Shown: positions 27,749 to 37,828 of the stretch, piece after piece
How positions within the stretch are numbered: the first letter of the stretch is position 1
Layout of the letters: each line of letters starts with the position of its first letter
Sequence record: NC_070998.1
Length of the DNA stretch: 64,000 nt
Direction: 5' to 3' (one strand)
Notes under the pieces: model-generated
What the model was told of the DNA's origin: nothing
The model's input: the letters and a program-made list of their open reading frames with translations, nothing else
The model's database searches: none
Program-made: the position numbers and the translations under genes

Positions 27749-30670
27749 TTAGTTATTTAAATGTCGTTTGAACACAATCTCAATATCTTCACGAATAGTC
27801 AGAAGTCTATCAGAAGTTTGATCAAGTGCTTTACGAATACTAAATCCATTGGTGTCGTCAACGTTGCTGATTACGTCCACAAAGTCATTCCCTGCCATCG
27901 CCACCACTTTCACGTCTATGATATCAGGAGTGCGTAGAGCAGTGATTAAGGAGCTTAGGGAGAACGTTTGTTTACGTACTTCGTCATTTGCTACTTTATG
28001 TGTATTGGTAATCAATACATTCTGAAGGTCATTATCAGTAATCCCTTCATCGGTAAGGTAGTACGTGACACTAAGTTTAATATCAGAACGAATAGTTTTC
28101 TCAATCCCTTCGTTAATAACGATCTGGGTGAATCCCATGGTGCTACGGGGTTTAAACAAGATACGTGTTTCATCGATAGCTTGTTTATTGAATTCAACCA
28201 ATTGATCGTTTACTTCGTTAGCAAAGAAATCTTCTACTAAACCGACATAAGTACCGTCGTAATCATCTTGACTGAGTAAGTAGTTAAAGTCAAACCCAAT
28301 GAAATCCCAATGATATTTAATCAGTCTAGGATGAAGCATGACGGGTTTCCCATTTTCATCGTAAACCGTTTGATCCTTGAGGTACTTCCAGATAGGCTTA
28401 GGAGGTGTCTCATTAGTCATTCTAGGTTCACCTTTACGGTGTTCCAGAACTGCTTTACCATCCACAATAACTAACTTACCATTCTCTTTCTTGTAAACGT
28501 CTTCAGGATAAACATCAGGTACGTTCTCAGTGTATTTAGCGTATTGAGCAGACCCTACTACCGGTCTAATACGAGTATAAAGAGAACGAAGATTCTTACC
28601 AAAAGAGATCTTATATTCAGTTTCAATGATCGCCACGTTTAGACTAGTAAACAAAGACTGATCGATTTTAAAATCTGCCGTAGACTTAAGCACTTGACCT
28701 TCACCAGAATAAGTGAAGATGAAGTTAACAGTTTCATCTAAGTTTACCCTGATTTCATCTTGGGGTTTACCGAATTGTTTAAACCCTTTTAGATCAATGA
28801 GGTTATTGTCGTCAATATCAAAATTAGAACCTAAGTCAAAACTAAAGATACGTTCTTTATCTTCAGTCCTGCCTAGTAATGTTCCTTTCATTGTAGCGGA
28901 AACATTAGAACCGGCTGTTTTGAACATCAATTGAATGTTCACTGCGTCATCAGATAGTTCCTTATAAGCATCACTTGATTTGGTTTTGATATTTACGGTG
29001 TAACCAGTTTTACTAGAAAGAATATTAATGCTACCGATCCCAACTTGAATACCTAGATTAGCATTCTCATATCTAAATGTCTGGTATTTGATCTCAGGTT
29101 TAGCAACACGATAACAACGCACGGCAGCACGATCGTTCATGGTATCAATGACGTACATGAAAGGTGTGTATACCATTGATCTTGTTGCCATTGTATCGAT
29201 CTTAGTTTGGTTATTACTATTAACAAGACTTTCTACCTCGTTAACAGGGAGTAATCTATTAGTCTGATTGGTGATATCAAACACTGAACCACGGATAACA
29301 GTTACACGTCTTCCATTATCAATTGCGTTACCGGAAGCGATCAACTCTTCTAGTGAAGTAAGCACAGTTCCAGTATGAGTCCCAATTGAGCTATTAAACC
29401 GCACCATTGATTCGTCATCAAAGAGTTTGTTCTCCTGAATAGGAAGATCCTTGGTAGTGCGATATAGTCGACCGGACACTGTATCGATAGACTTAATACT
29501 ATCATACCCAAGGCGTTCCAAGGTTTGGGTAAAATCAGAGTTACTAATAGGAACTTGACGACGACGATGACCGTAGATGACCATGTTTTTCAATTCGCTA
29601 AAAGTAGTACCATTCAAACCACCGCTGATTGGAGTAATGGTGTCTACAGTCACTTCATTAATATCGCGAAGCGGTAAAGAGTACTTGCTCAATTTACCTT
29701 GCTTGTTCCGATAATCAAAATACCCTACTGTATGTTCCTGACTCTTCAGTGTGCTTAGATCCTGACTGTATTCACCCTTAGTAGTGTAGATAAGAAGTGT
29801 AATACGACCCAAAGCGGTTTCATTCTGCAAATATACGGAAGGAATGGAAGCTTCGAAACTACTTTCATCAATTAAATCAATTGTCAAAGTAGGCTGATTA
29901 GGATCAAAGTTATCGTTATTGAAAACCACTGACATTTCATAACGATTATCGGAGCCATCGGGGGTAATAAAAGCCCTTACCGCGAACAGTTTATCTTTAA
30001 ACTCAATAGTATTACGATAACCAGTGGTAACGTTAACAGGATCTGGACCACGTTCAGTAATCTCTAACTGTCTCATTGGTAAATGAACAGAGAGATATTT
30101 ACGATTATCAATATTGAGGATTTCGCGATCAGGTGAGTTCCCCACTAGCGGTTTAAGGGGGGAGGTATATGAGCTGTCATAAACAACCTGATAACCACCA
30201 TGATCCATTACTCGTATCTCAACCGGATTCTCCAGTAGAAATGGAATACCTGCTACTGTGAACTGGGTATCTGGAGGAAGAACTACCTTCTTATAAGTGT
30301 TAACTTGTGTCCCATCTGTATCGCTATATTCCAAAGCAATAGAGTTGATAACTTCTTCCGAAACGATCCATCTCCACGTGAGGTTGGAGGGTTCACTAAA
30401 GACACCGTACCAGTCTTCATCACACATCACTTTAGAAAGGTCAGAAAGATTACGCGCGTGAACAGGATACTTCCTAGCTGTATTATCTCCCAGCCTTGAT
30501 ATGAACCCATAGTTAGTACCTACAATCAAGTCTACTGCATAGCTAAAAGGGTGGCCTTTGCTATTGAGTGTTCCTGAACCAGCATTAAACGTAGCTTCTA
30601 TTTCTTTGAATACGGTACCGATAATTCTACTTGGGTTATTAGCGTACTGTTCTAGTGTATTGAAGTCCAT
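27749..30670 (-). CDS. Baseplate wedge-like structural protein, 973 aa (phiKZ gp87-like)
   Basis: Beta-rich; ISGGLNGTTFSELKN...NSDFTQ resembles the baseplate-J/gp6 GG...T.xD region; synteny. Confidence 0.6.
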   Translation of the reverse strand: MDFNTLEQYANNPSRIIGTVFKEIEATFNAGSGTLNSKGHPFSYAVDLIVGTNYGFISRLGDNTARKYPVHARNLSDLSKVMCDEDWYGVFSEPSNLTWRWIVSEEVINSIALEYSDTDGTQVNTYKKVVLPPDTQFTVAGIPFLLENPVEIRVMDHGGYQVVYDSSYTSPLKPLVGNSPDREILNIDNRKYLSVHLPMRQLEITERGPDPVNVTTGYRNTIEFKDKLFAVRAFITPDGSDNRYEMSVVFNNDNFDPNQPTLTIDLIDESSFEASIPSVYLQNETALGRITLLIYTTKGEYSQDLSTLKSQEHTVGYFDYRNKQGKLSKYSLPLRDINEVTVDTITPISGGLNGTTFSELKNMVIYGHRRRQVPISNSDFTQTLERLGYDSIKSIDTVSGRLYRTTKDLPIQENKLFDDESMVRFNSSIGTHTGTVLTSLEELIASGNAIDNGRRVTVIRGSVFDITNQTNRLLPVNEVESLVNSNNQTKIDTMATRSMVYTPFMYVIDTMNDRAAVRCYRVAKPEIKYQTFRYENANLGIQVGIGSINILSSKTGYTVNIKTKSSDAYKELSDDAVNIQLMFKTAGSNVSATMKGTLLGRTEDKERIFSFDLGSNFDIDDNNLIDLKGFKQFGKPQDEIRVNLDETVNFIFTYSGEGQVLKSTADFKIDQSLFTSLNVAIIETEYKISFGKNLRSLYTRIRPVVGSAQYAKYTENVPDVYPEDVYKKENGKLVIVDGKAVLEHRKGEPRMTNETPPKPIWKYLKDQTVYDENGKPVMLHPRLIKYHWDFIGFDFNYLLSQDDYDGTYVGLVEDFFANEVNDQLVEFNKQAIDETRILFKPRSTMGFTQIVINEGIEKTIRSDIKLSVTYYLTDEGITDNDLQNVLITNTHKVANDEVRKQTFSLSSLITALRTPDIIDVKVVAMAGNDFVDVISNVDDTNGFSIRKALDQTSDRLLTIREDIEIVFKRHLNN

Positions 30671-30693
30671 AACTTATTTCCTTAAGAATAAGA

Positions 30694-31767
30694 TCATTTC
30701 TGTACAAACCAACATAGTTTAATACCGTATCTACCAGGACCGGAATCATTACGTTTATCACCTTGAACGGGTAACAACAAAGGGATCGCCCCGTAGTTAT
30801 AAGCTTGGTACTCTTTGGTACTCAACATCCGATAATACTTGTTGCGGTTCTCTGGTCTTAATGCTGGGTTATAAAGATAAGTGTGTTCATTAAAAGACTG
30901 TATCAAACCCAGTTCATTAAACCTCATCCCCACAGAACTAAATTGTACAGAGAAGTCATCTTGACCTTCCGCTCTCAGTGAGTTCTGGGTATTATCAATG
31001 TTGGCCATTGAACCAGCTGGATAGGTTGTCGGGATGGATTGCACAGTAGCAAAAATGTGTTCTAAGAACTCTGCATCTTTGTTCATAATCAAATGGTAGA
31101 TTCTGCAATCATAATCAATGCGATTACCAAATAGATAAAAATCCCTAGGAGATAAGTTACGATCACCAGAAGTAACTTCTGAAATGTAATCTTCCCATAC
31201 TTGGAACAGAGCAGGTATTACACTTGGTTTTGGGTTATAGTAAGTCTGAGCCATGGTAAAGGTACCGTTCTCTTCTAACTTACTACTTACTCTTTGATAC
31301 ACTTGATCACGAATACCTGGTTCTGAGCTCTGAGTTTGAATTTGTAAATCACCAAACCCGGTGGACGTTTTCAGATATTCAGTTAAACATGTGATAAAAG
31401 GAATTTGGTTATTAAGCATTATAGGCTGATTTGCAGCAGCCCAGCGCTCATCTAACATCCCTCTTATATATGCCCCCATGCTGTACTGTGAGACCCCTAT
31501 TAAACTACAAAGTTTCTCAGAACGACTGACGTTATCATCAGTTAAATTCAATTGTGGCCGAGTGACGAAGGCTAATCCTATGGTGTTATCGGACAGCGGC
31601 ATCATAGCCGGTCCTCTGCCTAGTAGCCTAAATCCTCGAAGAGAATTTATTAGCGGTGCAGTATAACCCGGAGTACCACTATCGAGCATAGCTGCATCAA
31701 AAAGCTCTTTTCGTTTATCTAGGGTTTCTCCGGTATAATTTGTAAAATCATTCTCATTTTGTTCCAT
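30694..31767 (-). CDS. Tail-tube-fold/baseplate structural protein (phiKZ gp88-like)
   Basis: LFQVWEDYI...DYDCRIYHL pattern typical of tube-initiator folds; synteny. Confidence 0.55.
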   Translation of the reverse strand: MEQNENDFTNYTGETLDKRKELFDAAMLDSGTPGYTAPLINSLRGFRLLGRGPAMMPLSDNTIGLAFVTRPQLNLTDDNVSRSEKLCSLIGVSQYSMGAYIRGMLDERWAAANQPIMLNNQIPFITCLTEYLKTSTGFGDLQIQTQSSEPGIRDQVYQRVSSKLEENGTFTMAQTYYNPKPSVIPALFQVWEDYISEVTSGDRNLSPRDFYLFGNRIDYDCRIYHLIMNKDAEFLEHIFATVQSIPTTYPAGSMANIDNTQNSLRAEGQDDFSVQFSSVGMRFNELGLIQSFNEHTYLYNPALRPENRNKYYRMLSTKEYQAYNYGAIPLLLPVQGDKRNDSGPGRYGIKLCWFVQK

Positions 31768-31787
31768 CTGTTACTCCGGGAGTATAT

Positions 31788-32870
31788 ATGGCCATTGCAG
31801 CAGTTTTGGCGTTCGGCTCGATGCTGACCTCCCTCGCTACCATTGTAGGTAAAGGCGGGGAAAACATCGACAAAGCAAAAGAAGTTATTGACCGTGTAGG
31901 TTCAGCATACAATGTTTTAAATACAACTAGTATTTCTCAGTCTGCTGGTCGTGTTTTGATCTCTCCGATGGTTGCGATTGAACGCAGTTTGATCCATCAG
32001 GAATATGCTCAAGATCTGATGACCATCGTAAACTTGCGTGACATTAAAGACGCTCTGACTCACCTTGCTATGCAGGGACAAGTAGACGGGATTAAAATTG
32101 CATCTTTGGTAGATTCCATTAATCCGCGCCGTGCAGGATTCTTGGCTTATCAAGGTGTGGAAGCGTTTGGTGGTCAAGCTCCAAGTAAACCTCAAGCTGC
32201 TATTGAAGGTCGTGTAACCATTGCTGGTAAAGATTATCCAGACTTTGGTACTTATGCGCCTTTGGCTCTTGGTCGAACTGTACAAGCTTCTGTACAGATT
32301 GGTTCCACCATGGTCTGTTTCCCCCTTAACTTCCGCCAGGTCCCTGTTCCCGTCTCTTCAAACGATCTTGAAGCTATCTTTGAAGCAGCTCGACCAGAAG
32401 AAGGTTTGTTCGGTCGTTACATGATGCTCCAATCGGGTGAACTCACTTCTCCTGAATTCCTTACCGGCACCGATCAGATCAAACGTGAATTCAATATCCG
32501 TATGAATGACATGTCAGGTTACTATAAAGAAGCTACTGATCGTTCCAGTAAGAACAAAATGGCTGCTTTGAGAACTGGCATTATGTCCATGAACACCATG
32601 GCCAATACCATTATCATGAGCCAAGAAACTGCAACTCAGATTGAAATGGAACTTGGTGTCAAGTTTAATAAATCTGGTATTGCTGCTATTCGTAAGAAAG
32701 TCCTCGCTAACACCATTGTTATTGTTGACGATGGCATGGGCATCTTTACCTTCTGGAACTCAGGTTCCAATATGAAGGAAGAATATACTCGTAAAGAGAT
32801 CTCAGTTATTACCAAGAAAGAAAACTCTATGGATCTTTCTTCTCTCATGAAACTCTTTGTTGGGCGATAA
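31788..32870 (+). CDS. Head protein (phiKZ gp89-like)
   Basis: GGGAG SD; hydrophobic N-terminus; QGVEAF motif; first gene of the head cluster. Confidence 0.7.
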   Translation: MAIAAVLAFGSMLTSLATIVGKGGENIDKAKEVIDRVGSAYNVLNTTSISQSAGRVLISPMVAIERSLIHQEYAQDLMTIVNLRDIKDALTHLAMQGQVDGIKIASLVDSINPRRAGFLAYQGVEAFGGQAPSKPQAAIEGRVTIAGKDYPDFGTYAPLALGRTVQASVQIGSTMVCFPLNFRQVPVPVSSNDLEAIFEAARPEEGLFGRYMMLQSGELTSPEFLTGTDQIKREFNIRMNDMSGYYKEATDRSSKNKMAALRTGIMSMNTMANTIIMSQETATQIEMELGVKFNKSGIAAIRKKVLANTIVIVDDGMGIFTFWNSGSNMKEEYTRKEISVITKKENSMDLSSLMKLFVGR

Positions 32871-32872
32871 AC

Positions 32873-33748
32873 ATGATTCTGATTAAAAACTATTCAAAGG
32901 CTGATCTGCTTTTGACCATTGATCGTGAACTCAACCATGTGGTTGGTTTCAAAGACTCTATGAAACTCTTTAAGGAAGTACTGGGTGGTTATAACACTTT
33001 GAGTACTTACATTGATCACAATGCAGTTCTTAAAGGTATTCAGTCTAAAGTTAAATCCAAGATCGGTAACAACTTTGATCTGCTGGGTGCAATTGAGATG
33101 GGTGTCAATAACGTAGCCTCTGTATTGCCAGAACTGCGTAAACAAGTATCCCAGTCTAGTACTAAGACTTATGACGGCGAAACCATTACCTTTAAAGAAC
33201 GCGGTATCCTTGATACTGTTTCGGCAATTAACTTCTTTAATCGTTACACCAACATGGTTTTGGACATTCTCCTAACCCAAGGTTATGACGAGAAAACTGA
33301 TGTTAAATCTCTACTCAATAAAGTAGACTTCGCCTTCTTTAACGATACTGCTGCCTACTACGGTAATCTCCTTACTCGTTTCAGTGAAGGTTATAAGGTA
33401 GTGCTGGAAGCCATTGAAGCTCTTTCTGATGAGCAAGTGGATGATCTCTCCGAAGGCATCATTGCTGAAGCTGAGGGTAAAGAAGCTGTTTCTGTTCGCC
33501 AAGGTCTCGCACCTCACGAATTGAATCCACTCTTCTGGATTCGGCTGTGGAAAATGCGTCGTGATGTTTCTACTATCCAAGTGTCTCAGGAACAGATCGA
33601 ACTGATGGCAATGAAAATTGCTCGTTTGAATAACAAGCGTTCTGGTACTGAAGATCCCGCACTTGATCGTCAAATCGAGACTTATGAAAATGAGATCTTG
33701 AAGAAGCGTGCTAAGATCGAAGCAATCATGGGGAAATACAATGGCTAA
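32873..33748 (+). CDS. Head protein with C-terminal coiled coil (phiKZ gp90-like)
   Basis: Packed in the operon; high-expression codon usage. Confidence 0.7.
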   Translation: MILIKNYSKADLLLTIDRELNHVVGFKDSMKLFKEVLGGYNTLSTYIDHNAVLKGIQSKVKSKIGNNFDLLGAIEMGVNNVASVLPELRKQVSQSSTKTYDGETITFKERGILDTVSAINFFNRYTNMVLDILLTQGYDEKTDVKSLLNKVDFAFFNDTAAYYGNLLTRFSEGYKVVLEAIEALSDEQVDDLSEGIIAEAEGKEAVSVRQGLAPHELNPLFWIRLWKMRRDVSTIQVSQEQIELMAMKIARLNNKRSGTEDPALDRQIETYENEILKKRAKIEAIMGKYNG

Positions 33749-34265
33749 GGACTTCCGACACGCAAGATTCGGGTTGGTTCCTGCTAGTTTCACAGATCAG
33801 CGGATGGAAGGAAATGAGCAAATTCTCAAATCCTTCCTCAAAGGCGTTAATGGGTTTAACCTCATTAATAATGCTGAAAGTCATATTGAAGTTTTCACCA
33901 TTGCTAAAGAGTACATTGGTGATGACTTCCGTAGTTGGCTTTATGTGAACTATCGTTCAGGTTCTGGTGCTCGTAAAGATCTTGTTCGAGCAATTGTTGG
34001 TTACATTAGTGGGAATCTTTCCATTCGTAACGTAACCACTCAGATGAAAATCGATCTGGGTAAAATTGCTTATATCAAACCTGGTAAACAGATTCAAACT
34101 CCAATTATCTATGACGAGTACGATGCTCGTAAAGATAACTTTAAAGTAGAGGATATCGACTTCTCTATTATTCAGAATCGGAACATTATGGATCTATTTG
34201 CGGCTATTGGACCAGAACTCACTGCTAAGTTCTGTTTGAGCATTGATGGAGTCTATTATGGCTGA
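33741..34265 (+). CDS. Conserved hypothetical virion-operon protein (start ATG 33741)
   Basis: GGGGA SD; overlaps the previous stop. Confidence 0.75.
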   Translation: MAKDFRHARFGLVPASFTDQRMEGNEQILKSFLKGVNGFNLINNAESHIEVFTIAKEYIGDDFRSWLYVNYRSGSGARKDLVRAIVGYISGNLSIRNVTTQMKIDLGKIAYIKPGKQIQTPIIYDEYDARKDNFKVEDIDFSIIQNRNIMDLFAAIGPELTAKFCLSIDGVYYG

Positions 34266-35523
34266 TACTGTAATGGAAGAACTCCAAATGGCCGAGATCA
34301 GTTTAGCTAAAGTTCCTGATGTTTCAGAACTACAAAAAGAGGCAGCTAAACTAGTAGAAGATATTCGGACCGATATCTCTATTAAAGATCGCGTAGAGAA
34401 AGCTCTTATTGTTATTAACGAGAAAGCTGATTACGAAATCACACCGCAGCTGGTTCAAAAAACCGATGACATGATTAATGAGTTCGGTGGTCTAAAAGTT
34501 AAAGCAGGTGGGCGTATCACTGTTGATGGGATGGAAAGCTTTGGTTTGACTGTTACTCCTAAAGAGTGGCGAGCAAGTCGTGTAGCTGGTCTGGAGTCAT
34601 TCCTAGCGGACACATATCGCAACATCAAGCGTTTGGCTAACCAACTCTCAGATACGTTTGAACGTCGTTATACAGAGCTTACCACTTCCTTGGAAGTACT
34701 CGATACTCGTATTGAGAATGTTACTTCTATGTTGGATTCCGTCACCCAGCAACGTGACGGTAAAAAACAAGTAGAACTTAATGGGTTACTTGTTAGAGCT
34801 CTGACCAAAGGAAACGAAGCTTTCCCTTCAGATCTTGCTAAACACATTGTAAAAGAAGTTAATTACTTCTCTTCTGTGATGAAGCTCTGTGAGATGGAAC
34901 TGAGTCGTTATCGTGGTAACATCATTCGTTATTTTGGGAACAGTAAACTAAAGGAACTTAACAACGTAACCTTTAGTGCACCAAAGATTCTTAACTTCAA
35001 TGGTAAAGTTGATCCTAAAGAAGAGAATGTTTTTCTCCGTAGTGAATCCGCTCCTATGCTGGAAGGTCGAGTAGTAAGTTGCAAATTCGTGGCACCTCGT
35101 TGGTTGAAAGACCACTATACTGGTGAATCCGAAAACGACGTCTACTCAGAACTTCTTGCTGAAACAGGGTTTGAACTTCGAGCTATAAATCGTAGAGACT
35201 CTGGTAGTGTTAATGTGAACACCATGACTCTTAGTCAGATGTTCACTATTCTCAAAGTTGTTCAAGAACTAGTTGAATATATTCGTAATCTCAATAATGA
35301 ATATAACAGTCTTGATCTGAACCCGGAAGAGATCAAAGATAATCTGGTTACTTTGAAACGTGGAGATGATGAAGGTAAAGTACGTCAGTACGCGCTACTC
35401 ACTACTGATTATGATTACAAAGTTAATCTATTCAGAGCAGATGTATCTAACTACTTGACAGTGCTCTCCAGTCACCTTCTGACGCTTCTTACTGTTCACC
35501 TGGAGTGTTACGATGTCCAATGA
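34258..35523 (+). CDS. Internal head protein (phiKZ internal-protein family)
   Basis: GGAG SD before ATG 34258; DGMESF and AGLESF motifs. Confidence 0.75.
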   Translation: MADTVMEELQMAEISLAKVPDVSELQKEAAKLVEDIRTDISIKDRVEKALIVINEKADYEITPQLVQKTDDMINEFGGLKVKAGGRITVDGMESFGLTVTPKEWRASRVAGLESFLADTYRNIKRLANQLSDTFERRYTELTTSLEVLDTRIENVTSMLDSVTQQRDGKKQVELNGLLVRALTKGNEAFPSDLAKHIVKEVNYFSSVMKLCEMELSRYRGNIIRYFGNSKLKELNNVTFSAPKILNFNGKVDPKEENVFLRSESAPMLEGRVVSCKFVAPRWLKDHYTGESENDVYSELLAETGFELRAINRRDSGSVNVNTMTLSQMFTILKVVQELVEYIRNLNNEYNSLDLNPEEIKDNLVTLKRGDDEGKVRQYALLTTDYDYKVNLFRADVSNYLTVLSSHLLTLLTVHLECYDVQ

Positions 35524-36496
35524 TCAGCAATCGCTGAGAAAGGGCTTAGAGGCGCTTATTTTGAGTGATATTCAGATCGCAGGGAACGAATCCCTGCTTT
35601 CTGATGTATTTGCAAAAGTTAGCTCTAATGTAAAAACTGGTGTAGAGTGGGCTGGAGGTAAAATGGCTGATGGTGCTGTACAAGCACTTAAACAAGCTAA
35701 TACCTCAATTTTGCAACAACTCGGAGCACGTAAGCTTCTACTCTCTAACTTGGCTAGTAGAACACGTAATGACGGAATTAAAGAGAGTTCAACTCTAACT
35801 TCCGGTCAGGTTCGTAAACTCACTACGTTAGAAGGTAATGATAAAGTTACCCCAGATATCATTGAAGATGATTTAGTTACTCTTCACAATGTTATCTCTG
35901 ATGTACTGAAATTCCAATTGGAATTAGAAACTTATTATCAGAAAGAGCTAGGTTTACTGAAATCTTTCTCATCTGTTAAGAACACTGAAGAAGCAGTTAA
36001 GTCGATTCAGGCTCTTGATCAACTGAGCTTTCCTACTCCCAAGTTCGCTATTAAACAGGATTCTATGTTCCTAACAAGTGTACTTGCTGGTGGGAAACAG
36101 TTTGTGTTTAATCCAGACACTTGTAAGTTTACAGTAGAACAAGCTGATCTTAAATCCATCAGTGGTGATGCTACTGTATCTTTTGCAAAGGAAGACGTAC
36201 TCTCTTTGCTAACTAAAGTTAACGCTTTGGTTATCGATTACAATGCTGTCACTAAAGCTAATGAACACTACATGAGCTACATCAAGGAGTTCAATACTGT
36301 GGTGGGTAAGAGCTTTGTCCATTTGGAAGAGATCAAAGGTCAGATCAGCATTTCTTTGATCAGGGATATGCAATCTAGGTTAGAAGGTAATCCAAAGGTA
36401 TTTTCTTTCTATTCTGGTTTCTTACCTAAGATCACTCTTTACATTGACGATTATGTGGAAGCATTGACGTCCTTCCTTAGTAAACAATTTAATTAA
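35513..36496 (+). CDS. Internal head protein
   Basis: GGAG SD; AGNESLL followed by an amphipathic helix. Confidence 0.75.
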   Translation: MSNDQQSLRKGLEALILSDIQIAGNESLLSDVFAKVSSNVKTGVEWAGGKMADGAVQALKQANTSILQQLGARKLLLSNLASRTRNDGIKESSTLTSGQVRKLTTLEGNDKVTPDIIEDDLVTLHNVISDVLKFQLELETYYQKELGLLKSFSSVKNTEEAVKSIQALDQLSFPTPKFAIKQDSMFLTSVLAGGKQFVFNPDTCKFTVEQADLKSISGDATVSFAKEDVLSLLTKVNALVIDYNAVTKANEHYMSYIKEFNTVVGKSFVHLEEIKGQISISLIRDMQSRLEGNPKVFSFYSGFLPKITLYIDDYVEALTSFLSKQFN

Positions 36497-36538
36497 ATCG
36501 TTTCGCGTAAATTCAAATCTATTCAAGGAATTTTTATT

Positions 36539-37723
36539 ATGTCTCTTCATGATATTTTTGCTTCCGTAACTGGTAACGAAAACCTGGAAAACGCTATTGA
36601 AGAACAGATCGAAGCTACTGTTGAAGCAGTAGTTGAAGCTCAAGTTGCTGCCGAAATCGCCGAAGCTGGTGAAGCTGTTGCCGAAGCAGAAGCTGACATC
36701 AAAGAAGCCGAAGTTGCTATTGAAGCTCTGGAAGAGAAAGTTGAAGAACTGGAAGAAGTCGTAGAAGGTATGGAATCCATGCTGTCTGGCGCTACTCCGT
36801 TTAACGCCGCTCTGTTCCATGATCAGTATAAGCGTGCTGCTAAGGTTTCTGCTAAGTTCGGTCAACCAACTGAAATTCACGGTGTTGAATCCTTCGCTGA
36901 TGCTTCTACCGCTTCCCTGAACGCTCTGGCTGGTGTAGAATCTTTCAAAGAAACTGCCGCCAAAGGTGTTGCAGCCGTTAAGAAGTTCTTCGTTGATCTG
37001 TACAATGGCTTCATCAACTTCTTTGCTGGTATCTTTAACAAGTTTAAAGGTATCGAGAACCGTGGCAAATCTCTGAAAGCTAAGCTGGCTGCTAAAGATA
37101 AACTGGCTGAGAAGGCTAAACTGCCGAAGTCCTCTGGCTGGCTGAAAGCTGACGGTTCCGCTCCTTCTGTAGGTTCCGTGATGGAATCTGTTGTTAAACA
37201 GTGTCAAGGTGCTATGAACGTAGATGCTTCCGGTACTCCGTTCACCAACCTGAAAGCTGCTGCTGAAACCCTGAAGGGTCTGGGTACTGCTTCCCAAGCT
37301 GCCGACAGCGATGCTTCTGCTACCTACAAAGTAGCCGTAGAGAAAGGTTCCTTCACCGTTACTATTCCTAAGAAGTCGGAAGGTCTGGCCAACGTCTCCG
37401 TCACCGTAGGTGCTCCGGAAGGTGAAGGTGTGGAGATCCAAGCTCCGGGTAAAGATAAGCTGCAAGATCTGGCTACCAAAGTTATGACTGAAGCTAAGAA
37501 ACTGCAACTGTCCAAACTGGATCGTAAAGCTCTGGAAGCTACTCGTGACGCCACCATCGCCAAACTCGAGAAGCTGGGTGCAGAGCAAGGTGCCGATAAG
37601 AAAGCTCAGATCGCTGAGTACCGCAATGGTACCAAGGGTGCTCTGAAACTCCAACAAGGCGGTCTGAAGGTTGCTGGCGCAATCCTGTCCGCTCAGCTGG
37701 ACTACGTTGCTGCCTTTGCTTAA
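36539..37723 (+). CDS. Abundant internal head (inner-body) protein, phiKZ gp93-like
   Basis: Glu/Ala-rich propeptide; GNEN, GMES, GVES twice; extreme codon bias; own terminator. Confidence 0.8.
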   Translation: MSLHDIFASVTGNENLENAIEEQIEATVEAVVEAQVAAEIAEAGEAVAEAEADIKEAEVAIEALEEKVEELEEVVEGMESMLSGATPFNAALFHDQYKRAAKVSAKFGQPTEIHGVESFADASTASLNALAGVESFKETAAKGVAAVKKFFVDLYNGFINFFAGIFNKFKGIENRGKSLKAKLAAKDKLAEKAKLPKSSGWLKADGSAPSVGSVMESVVKQCQGAMNVDASGTPFTNLKAAAETLKGLGTASQAADSDASATYKVAVEKGSFTVTIPKKSEGLANVSVTVGAPEGEGVEIQAPGKDKLQDLATKVMTEAKKLQLSKLDRKALEATRDATIAKLEKLGAEQGADKKAQIAEYRNGTKGALKLQQGGLKVAGAILSAQLDYVAAFA

Positions 37724-37752
37724 TCAACTCTGTTGATACATAAGTAAACTAC

Positions 37753-37786
37753 TAGAGAAGAGAGGGCTTCGGCTCTCTCTTCTCTA
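37753..37786 (+). terminator. Terminator with cUUCGg tetraloop
   Basis: TAGAGAAGAGAGGGC-TTCG-GCTCTCTCTTCTCTA. Confidence 0.85.
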
Positions 37787-37828
37787 TGTTTGTTCGCTGA
37801 TTTTATGATCTCTATTAGGAGTACTAAG

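Noticed and set aside
36422-37657. 411-aa antisense ORF over the abundant inner-head gene
   Set aside because: Same codon-bias artefact; the F/S/L-rich translation mirrors GAA, GCT and AAA codons.
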